Shown here: in pieces, positions 1 to 12,636 of the stretch
Layout: every line of letters begins with the position of its first letter
Position numbering within the stretch: position 1 is the first letter of the stretch
Origin: Ruditapes philippinarum
Lineage: Eukaryota
Length of the DNA stretch: 64,000 nucleotides
NCBI RefSeq assembly: GCF_026571515.1
Contig: NW_026865168.1
Coordinates: 186,001-250,000 of the forward strand
Direction: 5' to 3'
Position numbers and translations under genes: made by a program
The notes under the pieces: generated by a model
Seen by the model: the letters and a program-made list of their open reading frames with translations, nothing else
Databases searched by the model: none
What the model was told of the DNA's origin: nothing

Positions 1-769
1 CTCCATGTTATGTCAGTTGTTAAGATTTGCATGTAAACGTGTTATTTAAAAGCGGGTGCCTTCAATTAAAAGATTGGATTAAGAGGCATATCATTTGCTG
101 TGCACGAATGCAATAAAAAATGCTAGACATGCATGTTCGCATTTTCAAAAGTAGTTTTCAAAAGGAACACATTACATGTCTGTATTTTGGCAACGATCGC
201 CCTCCATAGTACTCTGCGATATTGAATGACTTCCAAATATACTGGTACAGGTATTCCAGTATTAATACTGCATAAGTTCGCAAGTATAGTACTGGTACTA
301 AACATATATATATATACTATATTCCAATTTGATATTTGAAAATATTGATAATTGCTACATACTCTGTGTCTTTGTTAATGTTAATCAACCTGTTTTGACA
401 TCAAGCTAGGTAGATTCATTATGTTTTATAAACGCTATAGGTGGACATAATTTTAATATATAGCATCATTAAAAGTTGGTATTATTTATTTTAAGAAAGG
501 ATACATTTTTAACTTAAAGTAGGAAATGCATCTTCCAATACATAGTTTGTACATTCTTTTCATATTCAAATTAGATTTATTTCCTAAGAATTTCATAGAT
601 TTCAATAGAAACTATATATTTAATTTTATTCTACAATAAGATATTTTACTCAAAGATAAGCGTAGTATTTCTTAAAGCGCTATATCACTAGTTCTCCTGC
701 TTTTCAGATCTTAATTTATTACACATCTTGCACAATATCCCCTAAGTAAATTGTAACAATAACGCATCC

Positions 770-1070
770 TTGTATCATATTTTGGAGACCTTTCTGTTGT
801 AAGAGTTGTGTCAGAGTTAAATCGTTTACATATACATGCACAGTGCGTTAAATGGAGTGCAGGTATTAGTTACCCGCACACAAAAGCATAACCATTGATT
901 GGCCCATTTTTGTCTGGCGTTTACATAATGTGACGACAGAGAAAAAGGTAACGATAGAAATGTCATATTCAAATGCTCGTTGATTGGTTACTTTTCTCTT
1001 GTGGTTCATATTGTAACAACAGGGAACGTGTTTTTATTATTGCCTTTGATGCAAAAGAGGAAGAACATCA
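770..1070. repeat. Partial copy of a ~350-bp interspersed MITE-like repeat (fuller copy at 22382-22730)
   Basis: Colinear similarity with 22440-22720 (GACCTTTCTGTTG...TCAGAGTTAAATCG...TTAGTTACCCGCAC...CAGGGAACGTGTTTTTATT). Confidence 0.75.
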
Positions 1071-1830
1071 AAACACTCAGCAATCTGATTTATACTCGTG
1101 GGCCCCTTGTATAAATCAAATAGCCTCGTGTTTCGAATCTCTTACTATTACTTAAAAACATTTTCAAGGAAAATGTAGTACAATGAAAAGTCGCATGTTC
1201 GCATGGACATTTAAAGCATCTCCAGTGGTAAAAGCAATTTACTATATACTTATATCATATTTCATATCACCCGATTACAAGTAATCCCGCATCAGCAGAA
1301 AAATATGTAAGTATTGACAATATCTATTTCTAAAATATTTCCAAGATATGGAACTTTTTGTGTAATAATTTAAAAAAAAATATAATTATATATTCTTTAG
1401 GATTTACACTTTGAACAGTCTTAATTAGATTCTACATGATTGTACGTAAATTCTTAAAAGATTATTGGTTCATGCATCTATGTGCAACTTAATGTTATGG
1501 AGAGAATAGTCTGCAATTCATTTTATTCATGATTTGTTCTCCCTTTGTATATTACATGTATATGTAAGTGTTTATTAAGTGAAATTTTAACAGTCAAAAA
1601 CCCAAAACGAAGTGACCCGTAGGGAGTGACCATCATATCGTAAATATGATGCTCAAATTAAGATCTATCAATTTTGTAAAATCCAAAAAGCATTATTTAT
1701 AAATATATTACCGAATCTAACATTTCATGTAAATAAAGGGAGGTAATAAAAAAAATATTTTATAAAGTCTAAGACAATTTTTTAAATAAGAAATGAATGC
1801 ATATATTTTAATGATTACATATAATATTAA

Positions 1831-2086
1831 CAAATATTTGCAGTACATATTTTACATATTCTTCGATGTTTGAAAATTGTTTTATAAGCATAATTATATA
1901 CATGTACATATTAATAATTTTACGTGTGGTATACAACCTATATATATATTATTGTTATATTATTACCAAATATTTGCAGTACATATTTTACATATTCATC
2001 GATGTTTGAAAATTGTTTTATAAGCATAATTATATACATGTACATATTAATAATTTTACGTGTGGTATACAACCTATATATATATT
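1831..2086. repeat. Local direct duplication, 2 copies, ~136-bp period
   Basis: CAAATATTTGCAGTACATATTTTACATATTC...ACAACCTATATATATAT starts at 1831 and again at 1967, nearly identical. Confidence 0.9.
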
Positions 2087-2402
2087 GAAATTTTCTTCTT
2101 ATTAAATTGACCTGTTATAAAAGACGGTAACTGCTATAAACGTCTTGGCCATTTTTAAAGTAAGTGCATTTTAACAATTAAATTTTAGTACTTAAACTTA
2201 GTATGGGATTGCCCCCATCTTCCTCCCATGGCAGAGGTTTTACGTAGAGACTTCCCTGTCATGGGGGATATGGTATGCACATAACACATGTACGGATATA
2301 ACAATAAGTAAAGAAACATCAGCTCCCCTATTATAAGGTTATAAATGAAGTATATTGCTCGCCCATATGGTCTCTTTCCGGTGGCGAGGGTAAATAAACG
2401 CA

Positions 2403-2423
2403 AACACACACACACACGCACGC

Positions 2424-2483
<60 letters not shown>

Positions 2484-2494
2484 ACACACACACA
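2403..2494. repeat. (CA)n/(CACG)n microsatellite
   Basis: Read directly; source of the spurious VCVCV/THTHT ORFs. Confidence 0.95.
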
Positions 2495-4299
2495 ACCTCA
2501 ATTACAGCATACAGGATCTTTAACACTAGTTAAATTCTTATGAATTATCAAGCTCTGGAACACAAAGTGGTGTAGTCGTTGTCTATCACAATATTCGGAT
2601 TTCGATGGTTCGAACCCATCGATTTTTTTAAGTAAATTTCAGTCCAAGGCAATTCGAATAATCGGGGTTGGACTATACTATGCTCCTCTTTGAATAAAAT
2701 ATTTTTATTGCAGAAATTTGTTGAAATCTATAAAATCCTGCTGAATATGTCTTATTCAAATAAAATAATGTACAAACTATTTTTAATGGGAATCTGCGTT
2801 CCTTATGACGGGTCAAGTAAAGTTGGCCCTTTCTAAAAAAAACTAAAAAACCTGCCAGTTATTTGAATTGCACTATATAGTCATTACTTATTGTGTGTAG
2901 GATTTAAAGCATAACATATCCACTTTGTGTGAAGTCAAATCATGTTTATTTTATATTTACAAAAACGACTGTGTAGCAATTTTCAATATTTTCAAATATC
3001 AAAGTATATCTTTAATGTAATTTCTGTGCAAAGACCATGCATAAGACTAGGTTTATGTTTTTGTATATTTCACAAGAGTATTTCATAAAACTTAACAAAT
3101 ATCTGGCGCCGTACACAAGCTACCTAAAATGAGATATTGTGTATGATATTATATGTTATAACACGGACTGTAATTAAAGTCTGTTGTAATTATAGATTGT
3201 AATAGAAAAAAAGAAGAAATAGATTGGCGAGTTCATTTAAGTGTACGAAAATTTGTCATTTATGTATGTATAAATATTTTTAATTTGATTTATTTCTAAA
3301 AGAATAAAGTGATCACTTTACCAGTGACATATTTATGATCCAATAATTTTATAAAGTATAAACTTTAAGCACTATTTGTGATAGAGGATTAGTTCAATGT
3401 CGTTATACGGGCTAAATTACACATCTTAGACATACTTTACGTCCGTTTTATGATAACAAATAACATAAAATCCTGTTTTAAAAGCCATAAATCATTTCAA
3501 GAACCGTATAATTAGGTAAATTTAACATGTTGTAAACTCTTGATTTAACATGGAGGTTATTTAAGAGTACCACATAAGAAGGGATAAATTAAATGCCATG
3601 TCTCCGAGGCCTCTTCATAGTGGTAAACAAATATTTAATGTTTTTTAACGGTCATAATATAAGAGCCAATATAACATCTTCACATTATATTATGTCAGTT
3701 TAGAGCAATTTTTAATTATAACTAGAAAACATATTTCACTAAACACATGGTTGCCTATCTACGGAAAAGTATACTGACCCCTTTTATATATTTTATATGA
3801 CTTAAAGAAAAAAACAGATTTTGTAAAATACATACATTTGTATCTTTAAAAAACCTTGACAGGTTATATGATATATAAAATAGATCTTAAAGAGTTCTAT
3901 TTCAAAACATAATTATTTATCTAATAAGGTAACTAAGAATAAGTTAAGTTTTCGTCTTATACTTACTACTTAATAAATCAAATGTTATTCTTTTGTTTAC
4001 AGTTCATCATACAAATATTCATTCCTTTTTTCATATACATTGATCAAACAAATTGTTTATCAAAATAACTTCTACAGCAGGCCTCCAGAAAACACTAATA
4101 CGATATTTTTCACAATGGTAGATACGAGTATATTTAAATAATTGTATTCTCAATGATTATTTTAGGTCGAATGGTTCATTTGTTTTCATAAGTTTCAACT
4201 ATATAGCGTGAACTAAACAAATGAAATATATCTTCCCTTAGCAACCAAAGAAGTGTCCTCTGCTTCCTACTTCCACTACTTCTACTACTCCTTCTATCA

Positions 4300-4352
4300 C
4301 CAACACCACTACTACTACTACTACTACGACGACGACGACGACGACGACGACG
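4300..4352. repeat. Compound (CTA)n(CGA)n microsatellite
   Basis: Read directly. Confidence 0.9.
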
Positions 4353-4509
4353 AAGAAACCAACTTGTACAGTCCCGCCCCACAATAACCACAATCATTAC
4401 GAGAGTGACGGTTATTCCTTATTACGCGCGTATAGACACATCCAGCTCTGCTTAGACACCACCTCGAACCGTCCAGAAAGCATAACAAATTAAAATCATG
4501 TTGAACTAT

Positions 4510-4792
4510 TGTTTTGTTTTGTTTGTTTGTTTGTTTGATTGGCTTTTACGTCACACCGACACAGTATAAATCATACGGCGACGTTCAAGCTTAATTTACT
4601 GATGGAGGAAGACCTCATGTGAGCTTCCGTGCATTATTTCAGGCACGGACTGGCACCTGAGTAGAATCACCGGCGTTCCGTAAGCTAGCTAGATAGATTT
4701 CTCACATGAAAGTCCCTATCGGGATTCGAACCCACAGCGGTGAGGGGCAAGTTGTTTGAAGACAACAACCTTAACCACTGGGCCCCGGACGC
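4510..4792 (-). mobile_element. tRNA-derived SINE, V-SINE type, near full length
   Basis: On the minus strand: tRNA-like head with A-box (CAGTGGTTAAGG) and B-box (GGGTTCGAATCCC), a central domain resembling the V-domain (CTTACGGAACGCCGGTGATTCTACTCAGGTGCC...GAAATAATGCACGGAAG...GAGGTCTTCCTCCA) and a (CAAA)n tail. Family assignment is from recall of bivalve V-SINEs. Confidence 0.8.
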
Positions 4793-5358
4793 TTCGGCTA
4801 TTGGGTAATGTATTGTTACAGCATGCATGTTATAAATCCCTAGAATACTTACTTATTCAAATACCATTATAAAATGAGTAAGAAATATGGAACACCATAA
4901 CTGCCTCATGTTCTTACATTTCGTTTTATCTTCCCTAGAAAGCGTCCTATAATGTCAAATATAAGTGTTGTGTTGTCCAATTTTTTGACTTGTCTAAGCA
5001 TTGCCTTATTATTGCAGCTATGACGTTCCATAAGTAACGTCTGTATATATTGAAGACGGGAGTATAATTATCAAAAAGACGCAATAAAGCCGCGTTTGCA
5101 GTTCTGCTATACTTCATAGGATAATGCATTTATAAAATTTTGACAACTAGTCCTCTGTGTTCAATTTTACAATTTGTGGCATTGGTATTCCCGGTTTTCA
5201 GTTGTTGTTGTTGTTGTTGTTTAGGATATCAAGGCCACACTGAAATTGTATAAAAAAAGACAGTATGGAGTTTGGTTCTCAGCCAATTCTAAAAGCAAAT
5301 GTGAATTAGCTCTATACTTGGTGATCGTACGACCGTTGATAAGACGAGCCCCAGAGTA

Positions 5359-5467
5359 TTAACCCTTAGCATGCTGGGAAAGTTGTCGTCTGCAAAAATG
5401 TCGTCTGCTATATGTAAGATTTTATTCAATTTTCTAAAAAATAACTGAATGTAAACCAGATTGGAGC
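5359..5467 (+). mobile_element. Left end of a piggyBac-like non-autonomous element running into the 34-bp array
   Basis: TTAA followed by CCCTTAGCATGCTGGG matches the TTAA|CCC terminus pattern. No matching right TIR found. Confidence 0.45.
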
Positions 5468-6695
5468 AGGACAAAGCGGTAAGTCACTGGGCGTATAATA
5501 TAGCATCAAGCGGTTAGTCACCGGGCGTCTAATATAGCACCAAGCGGTAGTTCACTGGGCATTTGATATAGGACCAAGCAGTTAGTCATTTTGCGTCTTA
5601 TTTAGGACCAAGCTGTAAGTCACTGGGCGTCTGATATAAGACCAAGCGGTTAGTCACTGGGCGTCTTATATGGCACAAAGCGGTAAGTCACTGGGCGTCT
5701 GATTTATGACCAAGCAATAAGGCACTGGGCGTCTGATATAGGACCAAGCGGTTAGTCACTGGGCGTCTAATATAGCACCAAACGGTTAGTCACTGGGCGT
5801 CTTATATAGGACCAAGTGGTAGGTCACTGGGCGTCTGATATAGGACCAAGCGGTTAGTCACTTGGCGTTTGATATAGCATTAAGGGGTTAGTCACTGGGC
5901 GTCTGATATAGGACCAAGCGGTTAGTCACTGGGCGTCTGATATAGGACCAAGCGGTAAGTCACTGGGCGTCTGATATAGGACCAACCGGAAAGTCACTGG
6001 GCGTCTGATTTAGGACCAAGCGGTAAGTCACTGTGCGTCTGATATAGGACCAAGCGGTAAGTCTCTTGGCGTTTGATTTGGGACCAAGCGGCAAGTCACT
6101 GGTCGTCTGATATAGGACCAAGCGGTAGGTCACTTGGCGTCTGATATAGGACGTCCAAGCGGTTAGTCACTGAGCGCCTGATATAGGACCAAGCGGTAAG
6201 TCACTGGGCGTCTGATATAGGACCAACCGGAAAGTCACTGTGCGTCTGATATAGGACCAAGCGTAAGTTACTGGGCGTCTGATATAGGACCAAGCGGTAA
6301 GTCACTGGGCGTCTGATATAGGACCAAGCGCTAAGTTACTTGGCGTTTGATATAGGACCAAGCGGTAAGTCACTGGGCGTCTGATATAGGACCAAGCGGT
6401 AAATCACTTGGCGTCTGATATAGGACCAAGCGGTAAGTCACTTGGCGTTTGATATAGGACCAAGCGATAAGTCACTTGGCGTCTGATAAAGGACCAAGCG
6501 GTTAGTCACTTGGCGTCTGATAAAGGACCAACCGGAAAGTCACTGGGCGTCTGATATAGGACCAAGCGGTAAGTTACTGGGCGTCTGATATAGGACCAAG
6601 CGGTAAGTCACTTGGCGTCTAATATAGCACCAAGCGGTACGTCAATTGGCGTCTGATATAGCACCAAGCGGTAAGTCAATGGGCGTCTGATATGG
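5468..6695. repeat. Minisatellite, 34-bp unit, ~36 copies
   Basis: Consensus GTCACTGGGCGTCTGATATAGGACCAAGCGGTAA repeated head to tail with scattered variants and no spacers. Confidence 0.95.
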
Positions 6696-7210
6696 TACTG
6701 TTAGCTGCTATACAACAGATATATAGCTTTAGTCACTTCAACTAATTTATCTACATATTTTTCAAATTGAATAACTAAACAATACCTGTGAAAATAGATT
6801 GAAGTTGATGTCCAATCATTTTATTGCATGTAATTGATTAAAATGTTAAAATTTGAGAATCTGCTATAAAAGAATTAAGTAAAAGTTATCAACATTCTTG
6901 TAAACAAATCAATGGTATTATGCTGAATAAATATATGTTCAAAGTTGACTTTGAGAATTATAATCTGTTGATAAATTATTGTGTTCCTTTTTAAGTTTGG
7001 ATCGTTAAGTAAAAAATGCATTTGGAAACGGGAACCAAAATTATTTTAAGGCGTAGTCGGTTTGCAAGAATTACGTATTCATCCGTCAGTCATGAATTTA
7101 TTTCTTGACAACTTCATTTCATTTTCTGAATAAAACGAAAAGGTATATAATAAAAGGAAAATCATGTTGTAGAAGCTTTCTTAGACTATATATTTTTCTA
7201 CTCGCAACGT

Positions 7211-7263
7211 TGGAAAATTGATATCTCGCTCGACCATCGGTCTCTCGAGATATCAATTTTCCA
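7211..7263. repeat. Hairpin inverted repeat (18-bp arms), probably part of a non-autonomous element
   Basis: TGGAAAATTGATATCTCG ... CGAGATATCAATTTTCCA. Confidence 0.75.
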
Positions 7264-8384
7264 CCGCTGCTCAGCCTCAGAAACCTACTACAACATAATA
7301 TTCCAAATTTATTTCATGCTTTCCAGTGTTTTATAGAAATATATCAGATGATTTTATTCTGATAAACCACTAGTGGAATTTATAAATTATAATTATCACT
7401 GTAGCCGAACTATACCTGAATGCGATGAAAAAAAATCAAAACTAAATGGAATAAAAGGCAGAAATTAATGCTGTCATACGTAAATATGCTTCTCTAGGAA
7501 AAGACAATCGATGTTATCATACATCATGTTAAAAAATGTAACAAAATGAGAGAAATTTAACAGACCTTCGTTTCAAAATTGATGATGTGACATCATTACA
7601 TCATGACTTCACAAAGAAGAAGAAATAAAGAAGTTAGTGGGCGGTGCCGTGTTTTCCTTCAGTTTTATTGAGTGAAACGGGTTTTATACCTCGCCATCAT
7701 TAAAAATCCAAGGGAAACGACTCTGGCAATGTACAAAATATAAAAATCCCAATTACTGCCCCTGTTACATATGATTATGAACGAAATAGTGATACACGTA
7801 TGATCAATGTGCTACCTCTATCATTTTGATATTGTACAAGAAATAAGAACTATTTAGTATATGTAGGATACACGGGCAAAAACTCCGTGGAATCATGATC
7901 TTGCAGCTCCTTGATTATTTCGAACGGATGGCACGGTTTGTATCATATTTTATTGTATATTTATAAATGAAATTTTGAGACATATAAGAGAATTGAAATG
8001 CGTATTTTCAATTTCCCGTATTTTCACTATAAAACATAATTTTTCACTGCAGTGAAACATATATTTTTCGTATTTTCAGTGGTGACTTGCCGGACTACTT
8101 TTTTCTAAATTCAGACAGAAGACAAAATTCAAGGGGAAATCTTTCAAATTGTAATGTTGAAAAGAGAAAAATGTATATAAAAAACAGAAAATTCATTTTT
8201 TTATAAAAAAAAAAAACAGGAATTATATTCATATACTGGTATGAAAATTATCATATTTCACTCGTGGCTATCGCCACTCATGAATTTTTTTTATACCACT
8301 AGAAAAAAATTGAATATCCTCTATTATATAAGTTAAAAAGATTTTTGACAGGTTATATGGCCCTATATAAACGGTTGTCTATGT

Positions 8385-10562
8385 TAGCCTTCAGTCCGTT
8401 GAGGTGTTAAAGGGTGATAGCCTACAGTCCGCTGTGGTATTAAAGGGTGATAGTCTACAGTCCGCTGTGGTATTAAAGGGGCGATGTCCTATAGTCCGCA
8501 GTGGTATTAAAGGGCGATAGCCTACTTCCTGCTTTGGTATCATAGGGTGATAGCCTACTTCCCGTTGTGGTATTAAAGGGCGATAGCCTAGTTCCTGCTG
8601 TGGTATTAAAGGGCGATAGCCTACTTCCTGCTTTGGTATTAAAGGGCGATAGCCTAGTTCCTGCTGTGGTATTAAAGGGCGATAGCCTACTTCCTGCTGT
8701 GGTATTAAAGGGCGATAGCCTACTTCCTGCTTTGGTATCAAAGGGTGATAGCCTACTTCCTGCTTTGGTATTAAAGGGCGATAGCCTTCTTCCCGTTGAT
8801 GTATTAAAGGGCGATAGCCTACTTCCTGCTGTGGTATTAAAGGGCGATAGCCTACTTCCTGCTTTGGTATCAAAGGGTGATAGCCTACTTCCCGTTGTGG
8901 TATTAAAGGGCGATAGCCTAGTTCCTGCTGTGGTATTAAAGGGCGATAGCCTACTTCCTGCTTTGGTATTAAAGGGCGATAGCCTAGTTCCTGCTGTGGT
9001 ATTAAAGGGCGATAGCCTACTTCCTGCTGTGGTATTAAAGGGCGATAGCCTACTTCCTGCTTTGGTATCAAAGGGTGATAGCCTACTTCCCGTTGTGGTA
9101 TTAAAGGGCGATAGCCTACTTCCTGCTTTGGTATTAGAGGGCGATAGCCTACTTCCCTTTGTGGTATTAAAGGGCGATAGCCTACTTCCTGCTGTGGTAT
9201 TAAAGGGCGATAGCCTACTTCCCGTTGTGGTATTAAAGGGCGATAGCCTACTTCCCGTTGTGGTATTAAAGGGCGATAGCCTACTTCCCGTTGTGGTATT
9301 AAAGGGCGATAGCCTACTTCCTGCTGTGGTATTAAAGGGCGATAGCCTACTTCCTGCTTTGGTATTAAAGGGTGATAGCCTACTTCCTGCTGTGGTATTA
9401 AAGGGCGATAGCCTTCTTCCCGTTGTGGTATTAAAGGGCGATAGCCTACTTCCCGTTGTGGTATTAAAGGGCGATAGCCTACTTCCTGCTGTGGTATCAA
9501 AGGGTGATAGCCTACTTCCCGTTGTGGTATTAAAGGGCGATAGCCTACTTCCCGTTGTGGTATTAAAGGGCGATAGCCTACTTCCTGCTTTGGTATTAAA
9601 GGGCGATAGCCTACTTCCTGCTTTGGTATTAAAGGGCGATAGCCTACTTCCTGCTTTGGTATTAAAGGGCGATAGCCTACTTCCTGCTGTGGTATTAAAG
9701 GTCGATAGCCTACTTCCTGCTTTGGTATTAAAGGGCGATAGCCTATCTCCTGCTTTGGTATTAAAGGGCGATAGCCTACTTCCTGCTGTGGTATTAAAGG
9801 GCGATAGCCTACTTCCCGTTGTGGTATTAAAGGGCGATAGCCTACTTCCCGTTGTGGTATAAAAGGGCGATAGCCTACTTCCTGCTTTGGTATTAAAGGG
9901 CGATAGCCTACTTCCTGCTGTGGTATTAAAGGGCGATAGCCTACTTCCTGCTGTGGTATAAAAGGGTGATAGCCTTCTTCCCGTTGTGGTATTAAAGGGT
10001 GATAGCCTTCTTCCCGCTATGGTATTAAAGGGCGATAGCCTACTTCCTGCTTTGGTATTAAAGGGCGATAGCCTACTTCCTGCTTTGGTATCAAAGGGCG
10101 ATAGCCTACTTCCTGCTGTGGTATTAAAGGGCGATAGCCTACTTCCTGCTGTGGTATCAAATGGTGATAGCCTACTTCCCGTTGTGGTATTAATGGGCGA
10201 TAGCCTACTTCCCGTTATGGTATTAAAGGGCGATAGCCTATTTCCTGCTGTGGTATTAAAGGGCGATAGCCTACTTCCTGCTGTGGTATCAAAGGGTGAT
10301 AGCCTACTTCCCGTTGTGGTATTTAAGGGTGATAGCCTACTTCCCGTTGTGGTATTAAAGGGCGATAGCCTACTTCCTGCTTTGGTATTAAAGGGCGATA
10401 GCCTACTTCCTGCTTTGGTATCAAAGGGTGATAGCCTACTTCCTGCTGTGGTATTAAAGGGCGATAGCCTACTTCCTGCTGTGGTATTAAAGGGCGATAG
10501 CCTACTTCCCGTTGTGGTATTAAAGGCCGCTGTGGTTTTAAAGGGTGATAGCCTTCAGTCCG
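8385..10562. repeat. Minisatellite, 33-bp unit, ~66 copies
   Basis: Consensus GTGGTATTAAAGGGCGATAGCCTACTTCCTGCT; identical TAGCCTTCAGTCCG at both ends (8385-8398, 10549-10562). Confidence 0.97.
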
Positions 10563-11667
10563 GATAGTTACCGATCAGACTTATTCTCGTCTGGGAATGG
10601 CATAAAATAGCAGCAACTTTTTTATAAGAAAATAAATTATTCAGAAAAAAAACTCCACACTCAATACTTTTTTTTAGTTGGTCAACCAAGCTTATAATAC
10701 TTTATTATTTTTATAGAAATTGTTTCAAAGAACGAATTCAATACCTCTTTTGCAAAAACATTTCATATGTTACTTTACTGTAATTCACTTGTTGTTTGAA
10801 TCTCTATTACGCACTTACTGTTAATAGTATTTGTCTTTTAATGATTTTTTTTTTGTTTGATACAGACCCCAGATAAATGCATGCAAAAAATTATATATGT
10901 TTAAAAAAAATGCAATATGTACTTTTGCATAGTTAATTTGTTTATAGAACAGAACAGAAATTGTATTAAGACTAGTACAAAGTACATCATCTACAATACA
11001 TTATATTTACTTATATTTTAGCTGCATGAAAATTTACAAACAAAATCTTGATATCTTTTTTAACGTTTTCAATGGTTTCATGATAATAAATAAGTAGATA
11101 AACAAATAAACAAACAAACAAACAAACAACATGCATATAGCTATGAAAAAAGATGTGCATTTATCGATACTTTTATAAATAATAAGTTATTGGAATGGAA
11201 ACAAATCATTTGGAGAATGAACATTGATTCAATTTTAGACATTATTAGTTAAAAATGTAAATAACAATTGAATTTAATACCGGTATGTAACTTTGTTGTA
11301 TATTTAACTTAGTGTGGTTAAAGAAACCTAACATGTCGATAGCATTATCAGTCTTGTTATCTGAGTCTTGATACAAAATGATATATTATAAAATAATATT
11401 GTTTGGAATTAAAATGACATTGTCCTGTAATTGATTAATATTTTTGATAATATAACTATACAATATCTGTTAATAGCTTTGTTTTAAACACATGCACGCA
11501 CATCTTGCAGCAGTTGAGTTGTTATTTAAGACACAGCTGGCGCACAGAAAAGTTATACATTGTACTGTACAGTATATCAATGTTTGCATCAGGAAAAACG
11601 ATATTTTGATAATATAAGCGTAAAATGTCAAAATTATCCCCTTTTAATAACCGGAATCATATGATAT

Positions 11668-12141
11668 TCAATTTCTAGCGTAAGGTGGGGGATTATCATA
11701 ATGTTTGTACGCTGGTCGTTTACCGGTATGTACGTTACATTTGTTCCCTTGGGGAGCAGGAATCACTGGGGGAGCCGATGGCGATATTATACCATTCGTT
11801 CCAGTATTAGGACGGAGCATTTCCGGTTCAACTGTAGACATGCGTGTTGGTGTTTGCATCATTTCCGGTCGAGTGCAAGCCACTGATCCATACAGATTGT
11901 CTGATTTGGAATCATATTCCTTCAGTATTTTAAAATAATCACCTTCTTCATTTTGTAGAATTACAATTCCGGGTTCAATTTCATGAGCATACACCGGTTT
12001 CATCATAAGTCGTTCATTTTCTTTCTTGTTTGACTGAGACTCGCTTGAGTTGTCGTTGCACCATTTACAAAGTGCGTATAGTGTAAGAATACAAAATCCA
12101 AACAACAAAATACCGAAGAGTAAATTACTCATCTTGAACAT
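11668..12141 (-). CDS. 157-aa single-pass membrane protein with PSAP and PPxY motifs, uncharacterised
   Basis: Non-repetitive ORF, more GC-rich than its flanks. N-terminal hydrophobic helix LLFGILLFGFCILTLYAL then CKWC; tail contains SPSAPP and NPPPY. A splice acceptor (TTTATTTTATTTTTAG) ends 7 nt before the ATG. Confidence 0.75.
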   Translation of the reverse strand: MFKMSNLLFGILLFGFCILTLYALCKWCNDNSSESQSNKKENERLMMKPVYAHEIEPGIVILQNEEGDYFKILKEYDSKSDNLYGSVACTRPEMMQTPTRMSTVEPEMLRPNTGTNGIISPSAPPVIPAPQGNKCNVHTGKRPAYKHYDNPPPYARN

Positions 12142-12329
12142 TTCTTGTCTAAAAATAAAATAAAGCCATTGTTACATTCATTATTTTGTATTTTTTATCA
12201 TAAAAATGCTTGGAATTGCCGTTCAGACGGCTATCCAAAAATCATTTTAGTAAAATAGATTCAAATGATGTTTTTTAAGAGAAATATTTCATATCTTGTT
12301 TAGCCCGTAAGAGCCTACGCACATCGTAC

Positions 12330-12420
12330 CTGAATATAGAATTTAATTTCTATAAATTTATGGGTAACCCGGCAAAAAAATGGCGGGGTCCCGTAGGCGC
12401 CAGTTTCGTCTTTTGAAGTC
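12330..12420 (-). promoter_or_regulatory. Probable non-coding first exon / TSS region of the 157-aa gene, with YY1-type motif
   Basis: Minus-strand donor CAG|GTACG at 12330/12329; GC-rich patch with CCGCCATTTT at ~12377-12386; pairs with the acceptor at 12150-12149. Confidence 0.45.
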
Positions 12421-12542
12421 CATTCATGTGTTTTTTCATGTGTAAGTACATTCTTCATTTAGATTAAGGGTACATGTAGAAATGGTCAAATCTTGTTAAC
12501 TGTTTATGTCATCGTCCAGGAACATTAGATTGAAATGTTTAC

Positions 12543-12636
12543 GTTGGATTTTACGTTACACCAACACTGTCAAAATCTTTTGGTCACTTGTTAAAAAAGG
12601 CCTCAGTTGCCACTCCGGAAATTATTTGAGTAGTAC
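12543..12636 (-). mobile_element. 3' part of a degenerate V-SINE split by the foldback element
   Basis: GTTGGATTTTACGTTACACCAACAC...CCTCAGTTGCCACTCCGGAAATTATTT...GAGTAG aligns with the SINE at 4540-4665. Confidence 0.6.

Noticed and set aside
2185-4397. ORFs with VCVC, THTH and poly-R/S tracts (also 57951-58259)
   Set aside because: Translations of microsatellites.
5468-10562. Regular 33-34 bp repeats as CRISPR arrays
   Set aside because: Units are head to tail with no unique spacers, there are no cas genes, and the context is eukaryotic.
8391-10567. 369-, 431- and 193-aa ORFs as real proteins
   Set aside because: They arise from a 33-bp unit lacking stops in two frames; starts are non-ATG, no splice signals or unique domains were found, and point variants introduce stops.
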